From: Desulfuromonadales bacterium
GTDB taxonomy: Bacteria; Desulfobacterota; Desulfuromonadia; Desulfuromonadales; SZUA-540
Assembly (NCBI GenBank): GCA_033549025.1
Contig: JAWSUS010000012.1
Coordinates: forward strand, 1 to 64,000
Length of the DNA: 64,000 bases
Direction: 5' to 3'
Under the pieces are notes generated by a model. The model ran no database searches and was not told where the DNA came from. It was given only the letters and a program-made list of their open reading frames with translations. Shown piece after piece: positions 1 through 9,082 of this stretch; the first letter of the stretch is position 1; every line of letters starts with the position of its first letter. The translations under genes and the position numbers were made by a program.

Positions 1-56
1 GCCGGCTGGGCAGGAAAATTTCAGTGCGCGGCCTATTGAACCCGAAATGGCCACCT

Positions 57-77
57 GAGTTTTTACGATGCCATCAA
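57..77. mobile_element. Possible terminal inverted repeat of an IS/MITE element extending left of the window
   Basis: GAGTTTTTACGATGCCATCAA (reverse complement TTGATGGCATCGTAAAAACTC) resembles, from memory, element ends common in deltaproteobacterial genomes; no partner end or transposase in the window. Confidence 0.3.
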
Positions 78-456
78 GAAAAGGAACCAAAAGAAACGCT
101 TTTATTTCTGTTGATTGGTGGCGCCGCTGCGTGGCGGCGGCAGTGCATTTGACAGGTTAAGTGCTCCGTGGCACCTGGAAGCGAAAGGCCCCATTGAGAA
201 ACACGTTTCTCAAATGGGTTAATTTAAATGCGCGGTTTGTTATAGGCAGGACACTGCGGTGATCAGGGTTTGAAACACCGGGTTTGCTTGGCAGCTCAGA
301 GGAATCATCGCAGGACCGGCCCAATTTAACCCGTGTGAACGAAGTGAGCCGGGGCCTTCCGCCTTTCCTTGAATCGAAGGTGTGTCGGTCTTGGTTGGCA
401 AAGAGCCCCAAATGGATTGCAGAGCTACGCAAAAGCAATAAAAAAGCCGCTTTTTG

Positions 457-510
457 CCTCCTTTTTGTCGGCAAACAAAAAGGAGGTCGCCTGCCGGGGC
501 GAGTCCCGGC
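457..510. repeat. REP/MITE-like palindromic element
   Basis: Perfect 12-bp stem CCTCCTTTTTGT-cggcaa-ACAAAAAGGAGG (457-486) followed by TCGCCTGCCGGGGCGAGTCCCGGC. Confidence 0.45.
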
Positions 511-554
511 GGTCTTAAAACCGGGCTGCCCAAAACCCCCCCCGACAAAAACAC

Positions 555-995
555 CTACTTCTTCTTCTGCTTTATCTCCAACATCTCAATATCAAACACC
601 AAATCCTTGCCCGCCAGGGGATGATTGGCATCCAGCGTGACATGGGTGTCGCTCAGCTCAGTGATCATGACATAAAAGGCCGTGTTGTCATGGCGGGTGA
701 TCTCCAGTTGTCCCCCCACCTTCAGCCCCAGATCCTCCGGCAGGTCCTTGCGTTCCACCTGCTCCAGCAGTTCCGGTTTCGGCTGGCCGTAGCCCTTCTC
801 CGGCGGTATAACCACAGTCTTCTTCTCCCCCATGACCATGCCGGTCACCGCTTCTTCAAAGCCGGCAATTACTTCGTGCTTGCCGATAATGAACTGCAGG
901 GGCTCCTTGTCCATTGAGGTGTCGAACAGGGTGCCATCGGTGAGTTTGCCAGTGTAATGAACCTTGACCGTATCGCCAGCGGCGGCTTTAAACAT
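555..995 (-). CDS. slyD: FKBP-type peptidyl-prolyl cis-trans isomerase (SlyD-like, no His-rich tail)
   Basis: GDTVKVHYTGKLTDGTLFDTS and LDANHPLAGKDLVFDIE motifs; start moved to ATG 995. Confidence 0.9.
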   Translation of the reverse strand: MFKAAAGDTVKVHYTGKLTDGTLFDTSMDKEPLQFIIGKHEVIAGFEEAVTGMVMGEKKTVVIPPEKGYGQPKPELLEQVERKDLPEDLGLKVGGQLEITRHDNTAFYVMITELSDTHVTLDANHPLAGKDLVFDIEMLEIKQKKK

Positions 996-1107
996 CGCTA
1001 AATCCTTTCTGAAAGAGACCAACGGAAAAACGGGACAGCCATGAGCTGCCACCGCCCCTTGATACATGGTTGAGCTCTCCCTGTCAAGAAAGGGACCATC
1101 ACCACGC

Positions 1108-1140
1108 AAAAGCCGGAACCCCTTCATGGGGGTTCCGGCT
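1108..1140 (-). terminator. Intrinsic terminator
   Basis: AGCCGGAACCCC/GGGGTTCCGGCT stem with short T-tract on the minus strand, downstream of the 1195-2088 gene. Confidence 0.7.
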
Positions 1141-1194
1141 GTGTTCTTGTTCTGCTAGTAAGGGAGTGACCCTTGGCTTAACCGTCAAATCGGC

Positions 1195-2088
1195 TCAGAA
1201 TACTTTCACCAGCTTAAGCTCAAAGCGGTACCCATCGGAAGGACAGGGGCTGTCGTAGTCGCGGTATACGGGCAAGGTGAACAATGCACCCAGCACCGTC
1301 CCCGACTTCTGGTGCTTAAAGACCATCTTGGGCCCGACATACCATTCCCTTCTGGCGTCGTCCTTACCCTGGTCAAAAGTTTCACTTTCGCCATTCCACT
1401 CAAAGTTCGATTCCGCTCCGATGTCGAAGGACTTGCTGAGGGCATAAGCCCAGTTGGTGTTGCAGCGGAAGCGGTCAGGCTTGCGGTAGTTATCCTCTGC
1501 TTCACTGAAGGTGTAATAGTTGAGTTCCTGGTCGAAGCGGTTGGCTCCCAGAAAGTACGTCAGACCGACACCGGCCCCGGCGCCCCAGGCCTGATTTCCG
1601 ATGAAATTATTATTGTCGCGTCCTCCATCTGCGGTCGGCAGGACGACGCCGAGATCAAAAGCCAGACTGAAGGGATTGCCCTTGCCTTGGTTCATAACCA
1701 CCTTATGCAGGACAACGGCGGTATCACCGAGCCAACCATAGTGAGCCGTTTTCCCGCCCGGTAGGTTTGCGTCCACGTCGTAAATGGGGGTGGCTGTGCG
1801 AACATCCAGTCCCGGGGCGATTCCGTAACGGAACTTGATGATGCCCACATGTTTGGTCAGTTTGACATTGTCGTTTATCTCCTCGTCATTCAGACGTACG
1901 CCGTCGGTTTCAGCGAACTTATAGTTAACCGTCGCTGCGAATTTACCGACCGGGAAGCCGGCGCCAGCCGGTCCGAAAACCGAACTCACGCCGCCGAATG
2001 GCTTAGGCGTGCTTCCATCGGCAAAGGCCTGACTGCATACAGACAGAGCCGCCAACAAGACCGCGCCTAATGTCTTGCCGATTTTCAT
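1195..2088 (-). CDS. Outer-membrane beta-barrel protein (MetA-pathway/SphA-like transporter type)
   Basis: Signal peptide (..SQAFA), amphipathic beta-strand pattern, LGVVLPT motif, C-terminal Phe (ELKLVKVF), GGAGG RBS. Confidence 0.7.
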   Translation of the reverse strand: MKIGKTLGAVLLAALSVCSQAFADGSTPKPFGGVSSVFGPAGAGFPVGKFAATVNYKFAETDGVRLNDEEINDNVKLTKHVGIIKFRYGIAPGLDVRTATPIYDVDANLPGGKTAHYGWLGDTAVVLHKVVMNQGKGNPFSLAFDLGVVLPTADGGRDNNNFIGNQAWGAGAGVGLTYFLGANRFDQELNYYTFSEAEDNYRKPDRFRCNTNWAYALSKSFDIGAESNFEWNGESETFDQGKDDARREWYVGPKMVFKHQKSGTVLGALFTLPVYRDYDSPCPSDGYRFELKLVKVF

Positions 2089-2121
2089 GTTGCCTCCATA
2101 TCTTTATTAAGAGTAATGGTT

Positions 2122-2159
2122 CTCTATCTGCTGCCACCCTATTGTGGCAGCAGATAGAG
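2122..2159 (-). promoter_or_regulatory. Leader hairpin, copy 1
   Basis: 16-bp perfect stem CTCTATCTGCTGCCAC-cctatt-GTGGCAGCAGATAGAG; core shared with 4538-4572. Confidence 0.6.
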
Positions 2160-2423
2160 GGAAACTATTCAGTCTTGAATTGGCTAGCTGTTTAAACTGG
2201 TACCCTGTTGGTATAAGTATGGCTTGCAGGCAGTAATCGGGATTTTCCATCTAAAAGCCAGCTTAATTAGTTACAATCGTTATTTAAAATCCCTATGCTT
2301 GTCTATCGGCAGGACACGTTAGCCGATGGTGTTGCTGCCGACAAACTTCATCTCCAACAGGGGCTGCTTTTTCCTCTCTTGAACTCGTGCAGGAAAGGGG
2401 GCAGCTTGGTTCCCCCTCTGTGC

Positions 2424-4220
2424 TTACTTAGCGAAAAGGGTATCGTCGTTAACAACTAGCGCCCTGTAGTGGGGTTTGTGAGGTTTGTCAGTCAAAACAT
2501 CGATTTCAACCTTTATCTCTTTGCTCTTGTAGTCAATTTCGGTGAGTTTGCCCAATGTCGGCGCCGGCCCCTGCTTGAAGAGATCAATAGACCCGCTGAA
2601 GTTGAACATGGTGTCGGTTTCTGGGCGATACTCGGTGACTGAGGTCACCGGTGAGTACCAGTCATAGCCCTTTTCTTTGCCGTACTCCCAAACCTGTTGG
2701 ACGGTCATGTTCTTTTCGTCAATCTTGTATTCGACAAAACGACTATACTTCATGCTCGGCAGGGCGGGCTGCTCGTAACCGCGGCCATCACCGTTATCAA
2801 AAACAGTCAAGGTGCCCTTGCTCGACAGCCACGCAGTGTGCTGGGTGAAAGTCCAGTCAAAGTCGGTCCCTTCGCAGACCGCACCTTGGCAGTTCAGTTT
2901 TCTGCCTTTGCTATCGACAGGTGTCAGGACGCGGTCAGAGAGATGCTCCCAGCCAATATTGGGAGTAAGAATCCACTTGACCTGCTTGTCGCGACCGATC
3001 TTCATCACGCCCTGGTGACGCAGGGAAACAATGATGGAGTCGTCCTTCGGGTCATACTCGATCGAGTTGACATGGGCCCAGTTACGACCGGGACCGACCC
3101 CGAGGGCATCGCCAAACGGGGTGTCCGGCTCAAGTTCAGCTTGTTGCCCAGCGTGCTCTAGATCGACATTCAGGCAAACGGCACCCTGATCGAGCGCGCC
3201 GAGCAGGTCATCACGCAACGGCAGGAGAATCTTGTTCAGGTCCCAGGCGTCCAGCAAATTGCCCTTCATATCGACTTCGATGATCTGGTCGCGAACGGTG
3301 TGGACAACCTGACCGTCGGGTCGGCGATAGTTTTTCTTGCCAACCCGCAGCAGAACCGTGTTGTTGCTCGTGTAGCGCGCTTCGTGAGACTGGTCGATAT
3401 AGTTTCCGGGGAGCGGTTTGTGGGTGATGATCCGTCCCAGCATGTCGAATTCGCCCCAGGTCTGGCCTTGCCCGAACACGTAGGAACCATCCTTGGTTTG
3501 ACTCAGGCCCATCAGGTAGCCGCGCTTGTAAACATCCATGTCATAGCCCTTGAAGGTAGCATCCTGGTTCAGCCACCAGCGATACTCACCCTGGCTGTCG
3601 ATGATGTAGGTCATCGGTGCAGCTTCGAAGGACATGGAGCCAACCGCCGGTGACGGATCGAGCGGATGAGCGTTCTGGGGTTTCTGACCTGCCCAATGCA
3701 GATCGGAGCCGTGGAAAGTGTTGGTAGAGGAATTGATCAGGTAAAGACGGTCCTCGAATCCTTTGGACATTTTTTTTACATTGACAGGCTGCAAAACGGA
3801 AAGGGACCGATTGTCGACATAATGGTTGGTAATAGGGCCGGTCAGGATGTTGTAGTCCTCCTTCATGCTCTTGCCGTCCTCTTTCCACTCAACGGTCACC
3901 TTATTTTTGTAGCTAGCGTACATACCAAAAATAGGAACACCATCATGGGTCAAGAGGCTGGTCTTTCCAACCGGGTAAGAGATGTCTATCCCTTTTTCCC
4001 CTTTGCCATGTACTGTGACCTTGACATCGCTGATCTCATGGCCGTTGAGCAGAACCACCGCAGTGAGCGGAGCATTATCATAGGGATTGACAATGATCGC
4101 CCCCAACTTACCAGCTGGAGGGGCTGGTGGATAGCCGGCTGCATTTGCTAAGCATGTGAGGCTAGCGATTAAGGCAGCAGAAGCAAGCAGGGTTACCAAA
4201 TACTTCTTGATTTTTTGCAT
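2424..4220 (-). CDS. assT: Periplasmic arylsulfate sulfotransferase (PAPS-independent)
   Basis: Signal peptide; GAIIVNPYDNAPLTA; catalytic-type motifs QSHE, WAHVNSI, SLRHQG, TQHTAW; CQGAVC disulfide; linked to dsbL/dsbI. Confidence 0.92.
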   Translation of the reverse strand: MQKIKKYLVTLLASAALIASLTCLANAAGYPPAPPAGKLGAIIVNPYDNAPLTAVVLLNGHEISDVKVTVHGKGEKGIDISYPVGKTSLLTHDGVPIFGMYASYKNKVTVEWKEDGKSMKEDYNILTGPITNHYVDNRSLSVLQPVNVKKMSKGFEDRLYLINSSTNTFHGSDLHWAGQKPQNAHPLDPSPAVGSMSFEAAPMTYIIDSQGEYRWWLNQDATFKGYDMDVYKRGYLMGLSQTKDGSYVFGQGQTWGEFDMLGRIITHKPLPGNYIDQSHEARYTSNNTVLLRVGKKNYRRPDGQVVHTVRDQIIEVDMKGNLLDAWDLNKILLPLRDDLLGALDQGAVCLNVDLEHAGQQAELEPDTPFGDALGVGPGRNWAHVNSIEYDPKDDSIIVSLRHQGVMKIGRDKQVKWILTPNIGWEHLSDRVLTPVDSKGRKLNCQGAVCEGTDFDWTFTQHTAWLSSKGTLTVFDNGDGRGYEQPALPSMKYSRFVEYKIDEKNMTVQQVWEYGKEKGYDWYSPVTSVTEYRPETDTMFNFSGSIDLFKQGPAPTLGKLTEIDYKSKEIKVEIDVLTDKPHKPHYRALVVNDDTLFAK

Positions 4221-4317
4221 GAGACATCTCCTTAATTGGGTGTGTTTTGCTCGGCGTGCTTTTTAGTGTCGCCCAGTAGTAAGTTTGAAAAATTTTCCAG
4301 GTCACAAAAAGCTGCCA

Positions 4318-4497
4318 CTAAAGCACATTAGCTGCAGCCAATGATAGGGCTGAAAATTTGGCACCAGAGGGGGTCGCTATGTGGTGCGGACCGCTGGCAC
4401 CGTCTGCTGCCGTTCAGAGATCGGGGCTAGCGATGGTGAACGCAATGCCCGATAAGGCTAAAAACAAAGATGTACTTAAACTCCCAACAGCTTTCAT
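4318..4497 (-). pseudogene. Remnant of a secreted-protein gene with an internal TGA
   Basis: GGAGG RBS + ATG 4497: MKAVGSLSTSLFLALSGIAFTIASPDL*TAADGASGPHHIATPSGAKFS..., same leader as the 2088 gene. Confidence 0.45.
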
Positions 4498-4537
4498 GTT
4501 TGCCTCCATCTCTTTTTCGATAAATAGGAAAGTGCCA

Positions 4538-4572
4538 TTCACCGGCTGCCACCCTATGTGGCAGCCGGTGAA
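4538..4572 (-). promoter_or_regulatory. Leader hairpin, copy 2
   Basis: 15-bp perfect stem TTCACCGGCTGCCAC-cctat-GTGGCAGCCGGTGAA just after the dsbI stop. Confidence 0.6.
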
Positions 4573-4585
4573 GAAGGTTAACCAT

Positions 4586-5260
4586 TTACACTGTTGCATT
4601 TTTGCTGCGGATGCTGCGTATGATCCAGGCGGCGGCGCAGATGATCAGGACCAGAAGGATGGCGCCGAAGGTGATGATGGTGCACTGGGCCATGTTTATG
4701 AAGTGCGAGGGGGGCCACAGATACCAGCCGTCGCGGTAGAAATCGACCAGCCACTGCTGCATGCTGCTTAAAACGGCCCCGTCTGGAACGATGGGGTTGT
4801 CAAAACCGCAGTCACCAGTCGGCTTGAACCACTCGGGGGACCATTCGGCCAGGGGCAGCCCGAAGGGGAAACTCGGGTCGGTGGAGCAGCCCTGTACCCC
4901 GAAGGGGTCATCGCTGTGTGCTACATGGTGAATCTTGTTCAGCTTCAGGCTCCAGAGCACGCCCTTGACGCTGCCATAGATGGCGAAGACGTAGCCGATG
5001 ACTTTGAGGACAGCGTTTTTGGGGTTGATGGCGGCTACAAAGCCCCCGATAACCATGGCGAAGAAGGCGAAGCGGATGTAGACGCACTGCTCGCAGGGCT
5101 TCATGTACAGCCATTTCTGGAAGACCGAGTGGGCCAGGATCACCATGAAGAGACTCATGCCGGCCATCAGCAGCCACAGAAAGCGGCTGTCCTGCCATCG
5201 GGCAATCGTCGGGATTGGTTCGGAGCGGAGGTCTTGCCACCACTGTTGAATGAGTTTCAC
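4586..5260 (-). CDS. dsbI: Disulfide bond formation protein DsbI (DsbB family)
   Basis: TM helices, PCEQC motif, QGCS and TGDCG cysteines; GTG start with GGAGG RBS. Confidence 0.9.
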   Translation of the reverse strand: MKLIQQWWQDLRSEPIPTIARWQDSRFLWLLMAGMSLFMVILAHSVFQKWLYMKPCEQCVYIRFAFFAMVIGGFVAAINPKNAVLKVIGYVFAIYGSVKGVLWSLKLNKIHHVAHSDDPFGVQGCSTDPSFPFGLPLAEWSPEWFKPTGDCGFDNPIVPDGAVLSSMQQWLVDFYRDGWYLWPPSHFINMAQCTIITFGAILLVLIICAAAWIIRSIRSKNATV

Positions 5261-5271
5261 GACAGACCTCC

Positions 5272-5937
5272 TTACTTCTTCAGCAGCTCGTTAATCAGTT
5301 GCAGCATGCCGTCTACGGATTTGATGCTCTTGGTGTAGATGAGGTATTTGCCGTTGACCACATATCCGGGGATACCCTGGATCTTCGCCACATCGTAGGA
5401 CTCATCCCATTCTTTGAGCAACGCCTGCACCTTGGGATCCTTTAGGCCCTCTTCGTATTCGGCCTTGCTCATGCCCACGGCATTCAGACCGGTTTGCAGA
5501 TAGGCTTCTTCGCCGGCATCCCAGCGCTCTTTCTTGTCGTGATAGGCCTGGTAGTAAGCCATCTTGGCCTTCTTCAGCAGGGACTTGTCACTGTAGAGTT
5601 CCTTGTCGGAAAGCCCGTTGGCCTGATCCTTGACCAACAACACAGCAAAAATTTTGCTACCAGCCTCGCCATAAGTTCCTTTGGTCTTCAGATGGAAAGG
5701 ACGGAAGGTCACATCGGCCGGAAGCTGGGGAACTACTTTGGGGCTTACGGCCTTGTCGTACTTGTAGCAGAACGGACAGGCATAGCTGAAAACCTTGATG
5801 AGCGTGTTCTGGGCGTTGGGGATAGGTTTATCTAGCACCAGGTAGTCCGTGCCTTCGGTGAAGGTGAAACCGGGACCGGCAAAGATGGCGACCATGGCGA
5901 TGGCGGCGATCAGGGTTTGGAACAGTTTGCGTTTCAT
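5272..5937 (-). CDS. dsbL: Thiol:disulfide oxidoreductase DsbL (DsbA family)
   Basis: Signal peptide, CPFC active site, GIPG cis-Pro loop, VVNGKY; start ATG 5937. Confidence 0.9.
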   Translation of the reverse strand: MKRKLFQTLIAAIAMVAIFAGPGFTFTEGTDYLVLDKPIPNAQNTLIKVFSYACPFCYKYDKAVSPKVVPQLPADVTFRPFHLKTKGTYGEAGSKIFAVLLVKDQANGLSDKELYSDKSLLKKAKMAYYQAYHDKKERWDAGEEAYLQTGLNAVGMSKAEYEEGLKDPKVQALLKEWDESYDVAKIQGIPGYVVNGKYLIYTKSIKSVDGMLQLINELLKK

Positions 5938-6066
5938 GATTTTCTCCTCTCGTGGTGGTAACACACTTGACTGTTGACTTTTGCCTTTCACTGTACGGGG
6001 AAAGGCTTCATCGGGGGATGTAGATTCTCTTTACTGTCTTCCGCTAAAACTAAACTAACTTGTTTG

Positions 6067-6100
6067 TGGTTAAGTTAACCAAACCTTTTGCCGCTGTCAA
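6067..6100 (-). promoter_or_regulatory. Sigma70 promoter with overlapping palindrome, upstream of dsbL
   Basis: Minus strand TTGACA-17-TAACTT; palindrome TGGTTAA-N-TTAACCA at 6067-6081. Confidence 0.6.
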
Positions 6101-6191
6101 TAAAAAATCTTACCAGGGTTTATTTTTTTTGTCTTTATTTGGCGGGCCCAGGTTTTCTGATGTCCAAAGGGTTGGTTGGATTGCTTTTGGT

Positions 6192-6413
6192 TTAGGCGTT
6201 GACGGTCTGAGTCTGGATGTATTGGCTGTAGAGTTCTGGTTCGTGCTTTTTCAGGCACGCCAGGCAGATGCCGTGGGTTTCCCGTTTAGGGGGTATTTTT
6301 CCGGTGAGGAGCACTGAGTAGGCGTCGGTCAGTCTTTTTGTCCAGGTTTTCCAGTGTTTGATTAAGGGGTGCTTGTCGAGGGATTTTCCGCACCAGGCGC
6401 AATAGGAGTTCAT
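6192..6413 (-). CDS. Small Cys-rich (Zn-finger-like) protein
   Basis: CAWC...THGICLAC; ATG overlaps the rhodanese stop; GGAGG RBS. Confidence 0.7.
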   Translation of the reverse strand: MNSYCAWCGKSLDKHPLIKHWKTWTKRLTDAYSVLLTGKIPPKRETHGICLACLKKHEPELYSQYIQTQTVNA

Positions 6414-6883
6414 GGTTTTACCTCCTTGGGGTTAAAGGTGTCTGTGTAGGGTTCAAGGGTGACTCCGCGGGCTATCCCGCCCTTTATCCCCTCGTAAATG
6501 TCGATGACGGAACGGAAGCCTTGCCCAGCCAGAAAACGGCTGACTTTTTCCGAGCGGTTGCCCGAGCGGCAGAGGATGGCAAGGGGGGTGTCGGGGTCGG
6601 CTATCTGCTGAAGCCTTTTTATGAATCCCTGTTCGTCGTGACTTCCGTCTTCGCTGAAAAAGGTCAGTAAGTGGGAGCCTGGCACAATTCCGGTTTCTTT
6701 CCATTCCTGTTGGGTGCGAATGTCGATGATGGGAGTGCCTGCTTGGATGAATTCTTGCGTGAGGGGAATGTGTCTGACTTTAAATGTGTTGGCTTTTTGG
6801 TTGCTGTCCGGCTCGTGGGCGGTTCCAGTCAGGACGGCTGCGAGGGTGCCAAGCAGCATGACGGCGAGGACGATCTTTTTCAT
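6410..6883 (-). CDS. Exported rhodanese-like sulfurtransferase
   Basis: Signal peptide; IIDIRTQQEW..GIVPGS; active-site CRSGNRS. Confidence 0.88.
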   Translation of the reverse strand: MKKIVLAVMLLGTLAAVLTGTAHEPDSNQKANTFKVRHIPLTQEFIQAGTPIIDIRTQQEWKETGIVPGSHLLTFFSEDGSHDEQGFIKRLQQIADPDTPLAILCRSGNRSEKVSRFLAGQGFRSVIDIYEGIKGGIARGVTLEPYTDTFNPKEVKP

Positions 6884-6944
6884 GGCGACGTCTCCTGGCG
6901 AAGGGGTTGGGTTCTTCTTGAGCAGTTTTTAAAATTAAAAACCA

Positions 6945-6978
6945 TGGTTTGTTTAACAAAACTAAAAAGACATGTCAA
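6945..6978 (-). promoter_or_regulatory. Sigma70 promoter, twin of the dsbL promoter
   Basis: Minus strand TTGACA-N10-GTTTTGTTAAACAAACCA, same spacing as at 6067-6100. Confidence 0.5.
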
Positions 6979-7327
6979 ATAAAAATTTGTACTTTCTGTT
7001 TGGGGGTTAATTTTGGGATTGTATTGGATGACTGAGGAATTTTTTTGGTTAGGCTATTTTGAAGGGAGCGTATTGCGGAGAGTCGTCGAAGTTGGTTTTC
7101 GATTTTGTTGTTAAAAATTAGTTGCATATGGCTGTATTGGGTCGTGTGTGGCCGGCCGTGACGGCATGGAGGCGGTCACCTTGATGGGAATTAAAAAGAA
7201 GGCAAGTCGAGAAATGATTTGACCGGTGGTTTATTTTTTGTTACCAGTAGTTTGGTCAGACGTGCCGCTATTTTTGGCGGGCAATCGGGGCTGGTGTAAA
7301 AACTGGAAAAGAGGGGGAATGCGGTAG

Positions 7328-9082
7328 ATGACATCATTAATTGCTGGATTTTTTGAGAAAAACAAGAACCGCATCGTGGGGGTCACTTTCATCCTGACCT
7401 TCTGCATGTTCTGCTTTTTTTCCTTGATGGACTTGAACAAGCGGGTATCGGACTATCATTTTTTTGCCAAAAAGATAAATGGGATCATCCGAGATGTTTA
7501 CGACGCTGAGACCAACTACACCAATTTGCGCATTACCAACTTCATTAACTCGCTGATTGATGAACACCAGGTTGCTTCCCTGGTTCTCCATAAGGATAAG
7601 AACGCCATTCAGGCGGCACTAGGGCACGTCTATGGTGATTTTCGCAATCGCTCCGTGCCGGTCGCCTGCATTGCGGTTTTTGATCGGGAGGGAGAATTGC
7701 TCTTTAGCCAGGTCGACCCAGTCTTTCCCCCCCATGATGATCGTCTCGAATCATTGGGCCTTAGGGAAGCCTTTTCGACGGGGAAAATGGTCTACGGTTT
7801 TGAAACCGATAATGGCCCCTTGCATTATGACATCGCTATACCGGTTATCAGCCCAGCCAGCCAAGAAGTGGTTGGTGCCGTCGAAATTACCATTCATCCT
7901 GACTGGTTCCATTTCAAGGTGGGAATTGCTTTTAATAATCTCAGGACCGTTATCGCTGCCGATGGCGGCCTTGTGCATGCCGAACAGGCTTTTCCCTCTG
8001 CTTTTGAGCCATACCGGGCGATATTTGCCCATGAAAAGCGAGAAAGTGACGTCGCTTTTTTTGAGACATTCGCGGACAGACTCGATCTGTCCCAAGATCT
8101 TATTGAACAGAAAATCGGCGGTGAGCATTACCTCATCAGCACCAGCCAGAAGCTTAGGAATCCCTTGGGCGAACAGGTTGGTGTTTTGCTGGTTGCGTAT
8201 GACATGACGGATTTTCGGAATCGGCAGTGGGGCTACTTTTATCTCTGGGTTCTGTTCTTTGCCTGCACCTCCCTGGTCATGTTCCTTATCAGCTATTTCG
8301 GCTTCAGAAAATACGATCAGATTATCTCCGCCCAGGGAAAAAAACTGGCCCATCGCTCCAAGCAGTGCGCCCTGGGCGAAATGCTCAGTTATATCGGCCA
8401 TCAGTGGCGCCAGCCGTTGAATGCCCTGTCGCTGACCATTCAGAACATCGAGCTGCAGAGCCAGTTGGGCAAACTCGATGATGCTCTCGTTAAAAAACAG
8501 GTGGGGGCGGCCAACAAGAACATCCAGTACCTGACCACCATCATCGAGGATTGGCGGTCTTTGCTGACGTCGGGAACGACCCGCCAGCTTATCGAACTGT
8601 CCGACTCGGTCAGCCGCGCCATCGGTATTGTCCATCCGGTCCTTGAGCGCGACCGCATTTTTATTGCGAATCGCATCAACGGTCCCGTTCATACCCACGG
8701 TTTTGTCAACGATCTGGTGCAGCTCACCGTAAATGTTCTGCTGAACGCCAAGGACGCCCTGATCAACCGCGAGGAAGAGCGGCTGATTCTGCTGTCCACC
8801 CACCAGAAAAACGGTTTGGTGGTCGTGGAGTTTCAGGACAACGGCGGAGGTATACCGCCCAAGCTGTTGAACAAAGTATTCGAGCCTTATCTGACGACCA
8901 AGGAGGATTCGGCGGGAACGGGACTGGGCCTCTACCTGTGCCGGCAGATCGCCGAGAACCTTGATCAGGGGGCGGTGTGGGCCGAAAATCGTGAATTCGA
9001 ATTCGAAGGCAAGCGCTACCATGGCGCCTGCATCTGTCTGAAATTTAAAGCCACAAGCGAGGAGAACTCTTGTGAATCTTGA
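7328..9082 (+). CDS. Membrane sensor histidine kinase
   Basis: Two TM segments around a periplasmic domain; H-box LGEMLSYIGHQWRQPLN; NAKDA, DNGGGI and GTGLGL boxes. Confidence 0.9.
   Translation: MTSLIAGFFEKNKNRIVGVTFILTFCMFCFFSLMDLNKRVSDYHFFAKKINGIIRDVYDAETNYTNLRITNFINSLIDEHQVASLVLHKDKNAIQAALGHVYGDFRNRSVPVACIAVFDREGELLFSQVDPVFPPHDDRLESLGLREAFSTGKMVYGFETDNGPLHYDIAIPVISPASQEVVGAVEITIHPDWFHFKVGIAFNNLRTVIAADGGLVHAEQAFPSAFEPYRAIFAHEKRESDVAFFETFADRLDLSQDLIEQKIGGEHYLISTSQKLRNPLGEQVGVLLVAYDMTDFRNRQWGYFYLWVLFFACTSLVMFLISYFGFRKYDQIISAQGKKLAHRSKQCALGEMLSYIGHQWRQPLNALSLTIQNIELQSQLGKLDDALVKKQVGAANKNIQYLTTIIEDWRSLLTSGTTRQLIELSDSVSRAIGIVHPVLERDRIFIANRINGPVHTHGFVNDLVQLTVNVLLNAKDALINREEERLILLSTHQKNGLVVVEFQDNGGGIPPKLLNKVFEPYLTTKEDSAGTGLGLYLCRQIAENLDQGAVWAENREFEFEGKRYHGACICLKFKATSEENSCES

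Noticed and set aside
157..640. ORFs 157-474, 240-554 and 284-640
   Set aside because: No RBS or motifs; they overlap palindromic repeats
4414..4416. In-frame TGA in the remnant ORF as a second selenocysteine codon
   Set aside because: It falls in a signal-peptide-like segment, with no convincing SECIS hairpin and no redox motif; a nonsense mutation is more likely
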